In this document: piece by piece, positions 29,439-38,110 of the stretch
Layout of the letters: each line of letters begins with the position of its first letter
Numbering within the stretch: position 1 is the first letter of the stretch
From: Alphaproteobacteria bacterium
GTDB lineage: Bacteria; Pseudomonadota; Alphaproteobacteria; UBA828
DNA: 64,000 nucleotides
Reading direction: 5' to 3'
Assembly: GCA_022826665.1 (NCBI GenBank)
Contig: JAJDUK010000005.1
Location: forward strand, 55,262 to 119,261
Notes under the pieces: model-generated
Databases searched by the model: none
Told to the model about the DNA's origin: nothing
Seen by the model: only the letters and a program-made list of their open reading frames with translations
Position numbers and translations under genes: made by a program

Positions 29439-32391
29439 CGAACTTTGCTCCCCGAAACGTGATCAGAAAGTTTGCTCCGTCCAAAGGCATCCTCGCCTTG
29501 TTGGCCTCGTACTTTATTCGGTGACCTCCTGCCGACAAATTCGCCCGGCATAGATACAGTCCCACTCCGCGTCCCCCTCGTGCCTTTCGTGTGAAAAACA
29601 AGGTGAAGAGGTTGCTCACATCTTCTTCATCCACTCCGGGACCATTGTCAGAAACAACCACATCATCTTCGATAACGCCAAAAATGATCCGGCGCTTTTT
29701 TACCTCAGTGCTGGCCAGCCAATAGATGCTGTTGTTCACTAAGTTGATGAACACAGGATAAAGCCGGGACTGCTGATCAAATACCTGCAAACGAAGAAAC
29801 TCATCGGTGGCCTCCAACGCAATTTGGTTTCGCGCCAAAATCGGCTTAAAGAAGTCCGAGGTATATCGAAATACGTCTTCACCTGTGATCCATTTCTGAA
29901 TCTTTTGGCCCGCTAATCGGAGAGGTGACAGGAACCGCAGCTGGTCGGTAAGCCCTTCGTATGCAAATTCGATATCCTTCGCGGCTTTGCTTTCCCGGAT
30001 ATCTCCCGGCAAACGACGCAACCCATCAGCGAGAATGTCGTCGAAGGCTTGAAGATCATGTGCGACGATTTCCACCGCTATGCCAAGCTGCGCCAAGCTA
30101 TTCAGCCTGTCCAGCTCCGCGCGCAATTCGCCCACTTCGTCCGCGTCGAACGTCGCCAAATGCAGCAGGTCTACACTTTCCCCCAAGCTCTCGAGCGTTG
30201 TTATATATGGCAGCAATATATCCCGGTTCTCTTTGTCAAACCTCTCCTTCAATTTATCCATCGCGGCGGAAGCTTCCAAATACGGCATCGCTTGCGCGCG
30301 CACTCGATCCAGCAGCGGTTCGGCTTCTCGAGTGAAAGCGTCCATCCTCTCCTTGACCAGTTCTCTGACGCGTTCGTACTCTGCGCGCTGTAATCTCTCC
30401 GCTTCCTTACCCCAATTATCCAATCGCCGTTTGAGTTCTCGGCCTTGTCGGGTCAATTGTTCAAGGAGTAAATCCTCTGGCCTTGCCGGGTCGACACGTT
30501 CGATCTGCTCTTCCAACTTTTCTCGCAACGCGGCGACCGCGGTTCGGAAAGCACGATAGTTCCGTCGATACTCGACATATTGGCTCTCCAAGCGCGCGCT
30601 CAACTTCTTCGGCTTCACCGGTAGTGTGAAGTCAGAGAGGCGCCCTACAAACGCATCGAGGTCTTCCTTTGCTGGTCCAATTTGCCTTTCTCTCGTTATA
30701 TCAAGTGATTCCACATAGCTCTCAATCTCGTGAAGGACCGCCGGTAGCTCTTCCGCAAAGTCTTTCAAATTCGCGCGAAACGCGCGCGCCTGCCTCTTGT
30801 GAAGCTTCTCGCGTTCTTTATTTGCCTTTTGACGACGATTGTCCTCCCTGATGTCCGGTAAGAAGTCTCCGCGAAAACTGGACTCGGAACCAAAGTACAA
30901 CCTAGCGGATCTCTGCAAAACATTCGCAACGATTTCCCGAAACGTTTTTGCGGCATGGTTGTCTAGAAGCCCTTCTCTCCCCGCCTTGTCCTTGAGGTTC
31001 GGATTAGTCTCGCGTCCGATTGAGAGACGCCCGAACATTTGTCTGTGATTCCAGAATTCACGACCGGCACTCTTGCTGCGGCGTGACTCGATTTCGAAAA
31101 AATCGTTATCTGTACGGCCATAGGGAAGAACACGAAGACCGTCTCGAAAAACCATGAAGCCAGAGTACTTGTTCGCGAGATCGCGATAGCGGTTGAAGTC
31201 CGCTTCGGTGTGCGTGCTGTTTATGGCGGTGAATTCCATTGACGCGATATAGAGGCCGAATGGGCCCACCCGGGTGTCCGCGCGGGTCGGAATTGTTAGA
31301 TCGCGCGGTGGCGGAATGACGCATTCGTCCGTCAGGTCTTTTCCGAAAGCTCTAATGGAGCCTGTGAATACGCCGTCTTCTCCCACCCGCCCCACAATGC
31401 GATGCTCCATGTCATCAATTTGCCGTCTGTCGAACTGTCTCTCGGAACCGACAACTAAATCCGCTGTTCCATTTGTCCAGGCGCGTACGGCATACGAAAA
31501 CTGCGGATCGCTGTTCGACAATGCCTTATCCGAGGGATCTACGAAAGGGTCCACAAAACTCGAAAGCGTCTCGAAGAAACGATCACGCGTCGCCTGTTGC
31601 GCAACCTCACTGTAGTTCCGCTCGATCTGTGCCCGTAAATCATAGTTGAGGCCGGATATCAGTAGCGCCGTACCCCTATCCGACGCATCTGTCCACACAG
31701 GCCAAGGCTCAATGTGTTCCGGTTGGAAAGGCAGCTCAAGAATGTTGGCGATAATGTCTTCGGAGCGAGCGACCTGTATTCCACTTTCCTTCAGTCCGTC
31801 AATCTCCGACCAAGCCTCGGATATTCGAGCAGATCGCCCGGGTTCTCTCCCGCCCTTAACATTTTCCGACAGAGTCTTGGCCAGTAGCGGCAATTCTACG
31901 AATAAATCAGCTCTGTCTTTGAAATCCACAAGAGGAATTTGAATGTCAGAAAGATTGAGAAAGGGATTCTCAAACAATCGCCAATCGATCAGCGCCGCGA
32001 TGAAAGGCGAATCTTTTCTCTTGGACACCAGCAGCAACAAGGGACCCAAGTTCGCACACGAAAGGCGCCCGATTCCCTTTTGGCCTTGGCGTGGCCGAGG
32101 CTTCAGGCCGTTGCGATCCGCTCGACTTCTCGGATCTGCAGTGGCCTTCGCCTCAGTGCCCACCACCAGCCAGTGTCGCTGGAATTCCTCCCCGCTCATT
32201 CCATGCCCGTCGTCCACGATCGCCGCGACAGGCTCCGGGTCCTTGAAGAGGTGGAGTTCGACCATTCTCGCGTAGGCGTCATACGCATTCTTCCAGAGCT
32301 CGGATATCGCCGTCGGGCAATCCGCGATCTGCTCCCGACCCAGGTGGTCTACGGTCCGTGCCCGAGTCTGAAATGCGATTCCTTGAACCAT
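29428..32391 (-). CDS. dual Bergerat-fold ATPase: N-terminal MORC/MutL-like GHKL domain plus C-terminal histidine-kinase transmitter (HisKA-like H-box + HATPase_c)
   Basis: N-terminal ELWKNAYDA (ExxxNxxDA), DDGHGM, GQKGIGRLS. C-terminal IVAHDLQAFDD (H-box-like), INLVNNSIYW (N box), SDNGPGV (G1), LFTLFF (F), GGRGVGLYLCR (G2). Confidence 0.65.
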   Translation of the reverse strand: MVQGIAFQTRARTVDHLGREQIADCPTAISELWKNAYDAYARMVELHLFKDPEPVAAIVDDGHGMSGEEFQRHWLVVGTEAKATADPRSRADRNGLKPRPRQGQKGIGRLSCANLGPLLLLVSKRKDSPFIAALIDWRLFENPFLNLSDIQIPLVDFKDRADLFVELPLLAKTLSENVKGGREPGRSARISEAWSEIDGLKESGIQVARSEDIIANILELPFQPEHIEPWPVWTDASDRGTALLISGLNYDLRAQIERNYSEVAQQATRDRFFETLSSFVDPFVDPSDKALSNSDPQFSYAVRAWTNGTADLVVGSERQFDRRQIDDMEHRIVGRVGEDGVFTGSIRAFGKDLTDECVIPPPRDLTIPTRADTRVGPFGLYIASMEFTAINSTHTEADFNRYRDLANKYSGFMVFRDGLRVLPYGRTDNDFFEIESRRSKSAGREFWNHRQMFGRLSIGRETNPNLKDKAGREGLLDNHAAKTFREIVANVLQRSARLYFGSESSFRGDFLPDIREDNRRQKANKEREKLHKRQARAFRANLKDFAEELPAVLHEIESYVESLDITRERQIGPAKEDLDAFVGRLSDFTLPVKPKKLSARLESQYVEYRRNYRAFRTAVAALREKLEEQIERVDPARPEDLLLEQLTRQGRELKRRLDNWGKEAERLQRAEYERVRELVKERMDAFTREAEPLLDRVRAQAMPYLEASAAMDKLKERFDKENRDILLPYITTLESLGESVDLLHLATFDADEVGELRAELDRLNSLAQLGIAVEIVAHDLQAFDDILADGLRRLPGDIRESKAAKDIEFAYEGLTDQLRFLSPLRLAGQKIQKWITGEDVFRYTSDFFKPILARNQIALEATDEFLRLQVFDQQSRLYPVFINLVNNSIYWLASTEVKKRRIIFGVIEDDVVVSDNGPGVDEEDVSNLFTLFFTRKARGGRGVGLYLCRANLSAGGHRIKYEANKARMPLDGANFLITFRGAKFGDV

Positions 32392-32738
32392 GCCCTCGTT
32401 CCGCGCCCGTCGCCGACCCGATCAGACGGCCCGCTCAATGCCGAACAGACTCCGCACCAACAGCCGAATGAGGCCGACGCCACCACATATAGCATATACT
32501 ACTAAGGATGCCCCAATATGGAGGCGAAGACCGCTCACGGTTCGACGAGCCTTGGGTTCGGCTCCCTCGACATCTCCACTGAATTCGCCCCATCCCGCCT
32601 ACGCTCCAGCCTTCCAGCCACAATTTCAGCAGCCTTGATGCCGGCCTTTTGCTTCCTAGCCTGATTCTTGCCCGTAGTGATCCTCCCCGCTCAAATCCTG
32701 CACTCCCGTGTCCGGTTAGTGCAATATGGCTTCCGCCG
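32392..32738. promoter_or_regulatory. divergent intergenic region between GHKL operon and vsr (inferred promoters)
   Basis: 347-bp non-coding gap between divergently transcribed genes. No motif resolved. Confidence 0.3.
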
Positions 32739-33203
32739 ATGACCGACACAGTCGATCGCAACACCCGTTCTCGCATGATGGCGAGTGTCTCCAGCAAGGA
32801 CACGGCGCCGGAACTCGCTCTGCGTCGGGCACTTCATGCGCTGGGCCTGAGATACCGACTCCATTGTCGGAATCTCCCCGGCACTCCCGATCTGACCTTT
32901 CCTCGCTTCCGAGCCGTCTGTTTCGTACACGGCTGCTTTTGGCACCGCCACCCCCGCTGTCACCGTACGACAGACCCCACCACACGCCCGGAATTCTGGC
33001 ACGCCAAGTTTCAGGCCAACGTGGAGCGTGACCAACGCGCACGACAGCAGCTTCTGGCCGCTGGATGGCGAGTGGCAATCATTTGGGAATGTGCGCTGCG
33101 CAAGGATCGAGCGGAACGTACATCCCACGTGGTGGCCCAATGGCTACACGGCGACGACCGCGAATTCGAAACGCCTCTCTTCGAAACCCGACACCAACAA
33201 TGA
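32739..33203 (+). CDS. vsr: very short patch repair endonuclease
   Basis: ATG at 32739 by frame arithmetic. TPELALRRALHALGLRYRL, FVHGCFWHRH and WRVAIIWECAL are canonical Vsr blocks. Confidence 0.85.
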   Translation: MTDTVDRNTRSRMMASVSSKDTAPELALRRALHALGLRYRLHCRNLPGTPDLTFPRFRAVCFVHGCFWHRHPRCHRTTDPTTRPEFWHAKFQANVERDQRARQQLLAAGWRVAIIWECALRKDRAERTSHVVAQWLHGDDREFETPLFETRHQQ

Positions 33204-33372
33204 TCTCCCTACCGTATTTTGAACCCGACACCGAGGGCATTTTTCCTCCGATTCTGCTGGCCCTCCACGCATCGCGCTGATCGCCTCGCATGCCCACTTG
33301 TTGCCGACGTCGACACCAACCGGGTGATTCGAATTGCCTTACTGCACTTGGAAGTTGTCCTGATACTTGAGT

Positions 33373-33560
33373 TCATCGCGCGACGAAACCGGACCATTCT
33401 TCCATCAGCACCCGCCGCCGCTCGAACAGATCCGTCCGGCGATAAGCGGCCTCCACCCGATCGGAATTCACGTGAGCCAAGGCGAGCTCGCAGACTTCGC
33501 GGGGTACGTCGGAGCACTCCGCCGCCCAGTCCCGAAACTGGGACTGGAACCCGTGCAGCC
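33373..33560 (-). pseudogene. P4-type integrase C-terminal fragment (about 60 aa)
   Basis: LHGFQSQFRDWAAECSDVPREVCELALAHVNSDRVEAAYRRTDLFERRRVLMEEWSGF is near-collinear with the C-terminus of the intact integrase at 20590-20750. No upstream part is present. Confidence 0.6.
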
Positions 33561-33566
33561 CGCACG

Positions 33567-34181
33567 TTAGCTCTGCCGACCGAGGTGGCCGAAGTCGATT
33601 TCGTACGGCACACCGGTGAGGTTGGTGAGTGTGACGATGACGCGGAACGGGCTGTCGACGTAGGGACGGGTCAGCCAGCCGGCCGGCAGCGGACCGCCCT
33701 GGAAGGCTGCGGCCGCTTTCGTCGCCTGGCCGATCGCCCTGTCGTTGAACAGCGACTTCAGCGGTTGGCCAGCGGCGATGTCGTTGGTCTCGACGAAGCC
33801 GGCGATGTCCAGTTCCTGCACCCAGGTCTTGTAGAACGGATTGCGGTCCCACTCGACCTCAGACGAGGCGGGCGAGATGTGCGGGAAACCGAAGGCAAGC
33901 GCGCGGGCAAGGATGGCGGCGCACACGCCGCCGCCGGATGCGCCGGCCGCGACACGGATCTTCACGTCGTGGTCGGGCACGTCATCGTCGTTCGTCTTCG
34001 CCACGTACCAAGCGTCCAGCGCCTCGATGAGCTTGTCCAGGAATCCCGCCGTGTAGGCGCCGGCCGAGACCGTGCCGCCCAACACCAGAGCGACCTCGAA
34101 GGTGCCGTCGGGCAGGCTCCGCGTGACGTTGCTTTCCAGGACCCGCAGGATCTCTTTGTTTGTCGGCGCTGGCATCGTCAT
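33567..34181 (-). pseudogene. patatin-like phospholipase, 3'-truncated (lacks catalytic Asp block)
   Basis: Start MTMPAPTNK. Has VLGGTVSAGAY (oxyanion loop), GASGGG (GxSxG) and TNLTGVPYEIDF (TDLxTG block). The ORF ends about 10 aa later, before any DGG/DGA motif, right at the integrase fragment. Confidence 0.55.
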
Positions 34182-34370
34182 TCCCCTTTCGCTGCGTACC
34201 ACCAACTCTACATGGGTACAGGGCTTAACATCAGAGATCACTATCGGATGGAGGCGACTGCCTAGCTTCGCACCCTCGGGCTCGTCACGCTTGGCTGCGA
34301 ATGAGCGATCCACTAACATTCCAACTGAACCAGCCCCCGAGAACAGACGATAAGGCTGAGGTAACCAGTT

Positions 34371-35132
34371 ATGTTGAAGTCTGTCGGTAAGCCACGCCTC
34401 AGGAACGCCCTCAAGAAACTGAGGCGAATTCCATTTAATCGCGAGGATCCCTACAATCTGGCAACGGCACCTGTGGAGATGTTGGAGTTCCTCGCAATGA
34501 TTTCTGGGTTAAAACCAGTTGTACTTATTGGACGGGGATTTGATGATCAGAATTGGATTAGGGGGGTTCAAGATCTCGCTGAGGATATGCACTTGCATGT
34601 GATCGAAGGTCCCAAGTGGGAAGCGATTCCGGAATACAGCGGCTTGCCAAATTGGTTCGCTTTGATAGACCAGAAGAAGCTCTCAGAGAATTCGGTTGTG
34701 TATATTAGCAAATCAAAGTCAATCTCTAAATGTGTTAGGAGAATTGTGGATGCTAGAAGTATTACTATCGAGGAAGAGTCAGCTATCCTTGGTTATCCAA
34801 CATGTTGTGTAAAAGACCATTATTACAAAGCTGAAAGGATGAACAGAGGCTTTAACCTTATGCTGGAGCGGCTCTCTAGTGGTGACAAGTCAGAAATGAT
34901 GCGACTTGTTAGGGAGGACGTACCCATGTCGCCTGAGACTGATGAGGAGATAGAATGCATGAGAGAGGCGACACGCACAGTCGTTGCTCCCTACACGAGC
35001 ATTGTGATGTGTCCTTCCTGCGAAGATGATCAGGATAGTCCAGCTCGTATAGTCTCAAAGAATTACAAGATTCTTGCTGATAGTATCGATCCCCGTCTAG
35101 CGTTAGATATAAACCTTCATCAAAAAGTGTAA
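34371..35132 (+). CDS. hypothetical Cys-rich protein, very AT-rich (foreign)
   Basis: 253-aa ORF with GC about 45% in a 65-70% GC genome. Contains GYPTCCVKDHY and CPSCEDD Cys clusters. No family recognised. Confidence 0.45.
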   Translation: MLKSVGKPRLRNALKKLRRIPFNREDPYNLATAPVEMLEFLAMISGLKPVVLIGRGFDDQNWIRGVQDLAEDMHLHVIEGPKWEAIPEYSGLPNWFALIDQKKLSENSVVYISKSKSISKCVRRIVDARSITIEEESAILGYPTCCVKDHYYKAERMNRGFNLMLERLSSGDKSEMMRLVREDVPMSPETDEEIECMREATRTVVAPYTSIVMCPSCEDDQDSPARIVSKNYKILADSIDPRLALDINLHQKV

Positions 35133-35340
35133 GCTGCGCGTAATCGCGACCTACCCTTCTAGATTGTGGGACATAGTACCGGCAATTTCAAACGCCAGCT
35201 TTTCACGAAACAGTTTCAATCGCGTGGATTTCTTCCAGTCTCGCCATGCTTTCCCAGGGCCCGGTCCGCCCCATATACCCCTAGCCCAGCCGGGCCCCCA
35301 CAGTTAGCACGATGCGCCGACCATCACGGACCTCGCCTGC

Positions 35341-35772
35341 TCAGCAGGCTCGTCCAACCGAACCCCGAAGACGCTCGATGTCCTCGCGAAAGGGATCGCG
35401 GCTTTCCGCATCGAAGTCCTCGGGATGCGAATCCATCCAGGCGATCGTGCGCTCGTAATATTCGATCGCCCGTTCGGTTTCGCCGCGCGCTTCGCAGACC
35501 ATCGCCTTACGCATGAGCCAATCGTGCACCTCGGGATAGCGGGTCCTCAGCTGCTCGCACACGGCGTCCGCTTCGTCGAGGCGGCCTTCATCGATCAGGT
35601 TGACGACGCTGTTCGAGAGCCGGTCCAGGTCGGTCTCGGCCCAGTGGTATCCATGTTGCGATGCCGCCGGCGCGGTAGGCACATAGGCGGCGCGGTCGCG
35701 GTCCCAGCAGCAGCGCTTGTACTTCCTGCCGCTGCCACAAGGGCAAGGTTGGTTCCTGCCGATCTTCACCAT
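35341..35772 (-). CDS. SEC-C metal-binding motif protein (YchJ-like)
   Basis: Start [22 protein letters not shown] (SEC-C motif) placed by frame arithmetic inside ORF 35341..36303. Confidence 0.6.
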   Translation of the reverse strand: MVKIGRNQPCPCGSGRKYKRCCWDRDRAAYVPTAPAASQHGYHWAETDLDRLSNSVVNLIDEGRLDEADAVCEQLRTRYPEVHDWLMRKAMVCEARGETERAIEYYERTIAWMDSHPEDFDAESRDPFREDIERLRGSVGRAC

Positions 35773-35953
35773 TAACGCCTCGTCGCCGGCATTTCCGGCT
35801 CTCGGACCCCCGATCACATGTAGCCCGCTCGCCGGTCGCCAGCAACATTCCCGACCTTCCGCGGCGCGCCGGCAGGAGGCAGCGGCCGGCCTCTTCCGGG
35901 CGAATTCGGGGACCGGAAAGTGGCCCTCGCGCCACCGCCGGGGAGGCCGACCC

Positions 35954-36769
35954 ATGTCCAGCCGCATCGCCGACATTCTCGTGCCGCCGCGATGCCGGGA
36001 GATGATCCGCGCCGGCGCGCTCATCGCCATCAACACCAGCGGTGGCAAGGATTCACAGGCGATGACCATCCTGCTGTCGCGGATCGTTCCCCGCGACCAG
36101 ATCGTGGCGGTCCACGCCCCGCTCGGCGAGGTCGAGTGGCCGGGTACGATCGAGCATATCGAGGCAACGCTACCCGCCGGCGTGCCGCTCGTCATGGCGC
36201 CGGTTTCGTCCGGCAAGTCGCTGCTCGACCACGTCGAGGAGCGTGGCATGTTTCCAGGAGCCCGCCAAAGATGGTGTACGGCGGCCCTTAAACGGGGACC
36301 CATCGAGCGCGAACTGCGCCGCTATCTGAAGGCTCATCCCCGCTTCGGCGGGCGCCTCGTCAACGCCATGGGCATGCGCGCGGAGGAAAGCCCGGCACGT
36401 GCCAGGAAGGCGCCGTGGAGGCGCAACGACCGGATGAGCGTCGCGGGCCGCGAGGTCTTCGACTGGCTGCCGGTCTTCGACCTCTCCACGGACGACGTCT
36501 TCCGCGTCATCCACGACGCCGGCCAGTCGCCGCACTGGGCCTACGCCGCCGGCATGTCGCGGCTGAGTTGCAGCTTCTGCATCCTGGCGTCCCGCGCCGA
36601 CCTTCGCCGCGCGGCCGAGCTCCGCCCGGCGCTCTACCGCACCTATGTGGAGCTTGAGCGGCGCATCGATCACACGCTCTCGCCGTCGGGCATCCCCCTG
36701 CCGGAACTGACCGGCGTCTCCCCGGCAACCGCCCGCCACGACGACCCGACCGGCCTGAACAGCATCTGA
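35954..36769 (+). CDS. phosphoadenosine phosphosulfate reductase family protein (PP-loop ATPase)
   Basis: ATG at 35954. Has INTSGGKDS (SGGxDS PP-loop). Confidence 0.7.
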   Translation: MSSRIADILVPPRCREMIRAGALIAINTSGGKDSQAMTILLSRIVPRDQIVAVHAPLGEVEWPGTIEHIEATLPAGVPLVMAPVSSGKSLLDHVEERGMFPGARQRWCTAALKRGPIERELRRYLKAHPRFGGRLVNAMGMRAEESPARARKAPWRRNDRMSVAGREVFDWLPVFDLSTDDVFRVIHDAGQSPHWAYAAGMSRLSCSFCILASRADLRRAAELRPALYRTYVELERRIDHTLSPSGIPLPELTGVSPATARHDDPTGLNSI

Positions 36770-36915
36770 TTCCGGCGCCCCGGGCCGCACCGCCGCCCGG
36801 CAGCAGGCTTCCGCCCCATGCCTCCGGACACGACGAGCGGAGCGGCGCTGCCGGCCGGGCGAAGGCCGGGCGCCCGGAGGGCGTGGCCCGCGCCGCTTTC
36901 CCGCAATTCCGGAGC

Positions 36916-37947
36916 ATGCCCATGACGCTTCCCGAGACCATCTCCGCCGACTACACGCTGCGCCCGAGCGAGCTCGCCGAGGTGCTCGCCACCCTGGTCA
37001 AGGCCCGCCAGCCCACCCTGGTCTGGGGACCGCCCGGCGCGGCCAAGTCGATGATCGCCCGGCAGGTCGCCAGCGACCATGGCTACAACTACGTCGACAT
37101 CCGCGCGCTGCTGCTCGATCCCGTCGACCTGAGGGGCATCCCCTGGCGCGACGAGGACGGCCGCACGCGATGGGCGCCGCCGGTGTTCCTGCCGCCCACC
37201 GCCAGCACTGCATTGTGGATGCTCAATCTGGAAGAGCTGGCCTCCTGCGTGCCGATGGTCCAGGCCGCGCTCTACCAGCTCAGCCTGGAGCGCAAGTGCG
37301 GCGAGTACGAGCTGCCCGAGGGCGCCTCGATCATCGCCTGCAGCAACCGCGAGAACGACCGCGGCATCGTCCACCGGATGCCGACCCCGCTCGCTAACCG
37401 CTTCGTCCATCTGGAAATCCGGGTCGACGCGAAAGACTGGTGCGCCTGGGGCGCGGCGAACGGGATCGCCCCGGAAGTGCTGTTCTTCATCGAGCTCGAA
37501 CCGGAGCTGCTTCACCAGTTTCATCCGGAATCGAAGGAGCACGCCTTCCCGAGTCCCCGCAGCTGGGAGTTTGCCAGCAACATCGTCAAGAACCGCAACG
37601 GGCTCGATGCCGAGGTCGAGCGGGCGCTGTTCCGGGGCACGGTGGGCGAGGCCGCGGCGGTCGAGTTTACGTCGTTCCTGAAGGTATGGCGCGAGCTGCC
37701 CCATCCGAGGGCCGTCCTCGACGATCCCGGCAACGCCGACATCCCGGAGAACGCCAGCACGCTGATGGCTCTCTGCGGCTCGCTCTACCGCATGGCCTCC
37801 GACGTCAACCTGGACGCCATCGTGACCTACGCCACCCGGCTCCGGCGCGAGGTGGGCGAGTCGCTCGTCGGCGCCTGCGTGCGCCGCGAGCCCGCGCTCC
37901 AGCGCTCGCCCGCCTTCATCCGCTGGGCGGCGGCGAAAACCCAGTGA
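36916..37947 (+). CDS. MoxR-like AAA+ ATPase (AAA_5)
   Basis: Walker A GPPGAAKS and Walker B/sensor region IIACSNREND. Confidence 0.75.
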   Translation: MPMTLPETISADYTLRPSELAEVLATLVKARQPTLVWGPPGAAKSMIARQVASDHGYNYVDIRALLLDPVDLRGIPWRDEDGRTRWAPPVFLPPTASTALWMLNLEELASCVPMVQAALYQLSLERKCGEYELPEGASIIACSNRENDRGIVHRMPTPLANRFVHLEIRVDAKDWCAWGAANGIAPEVLFFIELEPELLHQFHPESKEHAFPSPRSWEFASNIVKNRNGLDAEVERALFRGTVGEAAAVEFTSFLKVWRELPHPRAVLDDPGNADIPENASTLMALCGSLYRMASDVNLDAIVTYATRLRREVGESLVGACVRREPALQRSPAFIRWAAAKTQ

Positions 37948-37958
37948 AGGAGAACGCC

Positions 37959-38093
37959 ATGCACTGGTCGGTCACGCACCGCCCGGCGGGGGATGCCCCG
38001 TCGCGCAAGTACGCCGTGCGGGCGCCCAGCCTCGACGCGGCCAGGCGGAAGCTCGCCGCCTTCCTCGACGTCCCCGTGTGGACGCTCCGCTAA
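37959..38093 (+). CDS. small hypothetical protein (44 aa)
   Basis: Short ORF MHWSVTHRPAGDAPSRKYAVRAPSLDAARRKLAAFLDVPVWTLR with a GAAGGAG-like RBS upstream. Sits between MoxR and DUF3150 genes. Coding status unproven. Confidence 0.3.
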   Translation: MHWSVTHRPAGDAPSRKYAVRAPSLDAARRKLAAFLDVPVWTLR

Positions 38094-38110
38094 CCCGAGA
38101 GGAGAACCCG

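Larger units (their letters stand above)
25437..35140. mobile_element. low-GC genomic island remnant (defence/R-M-like cargo), bounded by integrase fragments
   Basis: Abrupt GC drop versus flanks. AT-rich codon usage across all genes. Flanked by integrase remnants at 24510-24866 and 33373-33560. Confidence 0.5.

Noticed and set aside
26074-33203. Calling the cassette a Detocs system
   Set aside because: Detocs comprises a sensor kinase, a stand-alone receiver buffer protein and a receiver-effector (mostly PNP). Here there is no stand-alone receiver, and the kinase carries a MORC-like GHKL domain. The effector domain is unrecognised and the operon includes a MTase, a nuclease candidate and Vsr. 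Only the HK-to-receiver logic is shared.
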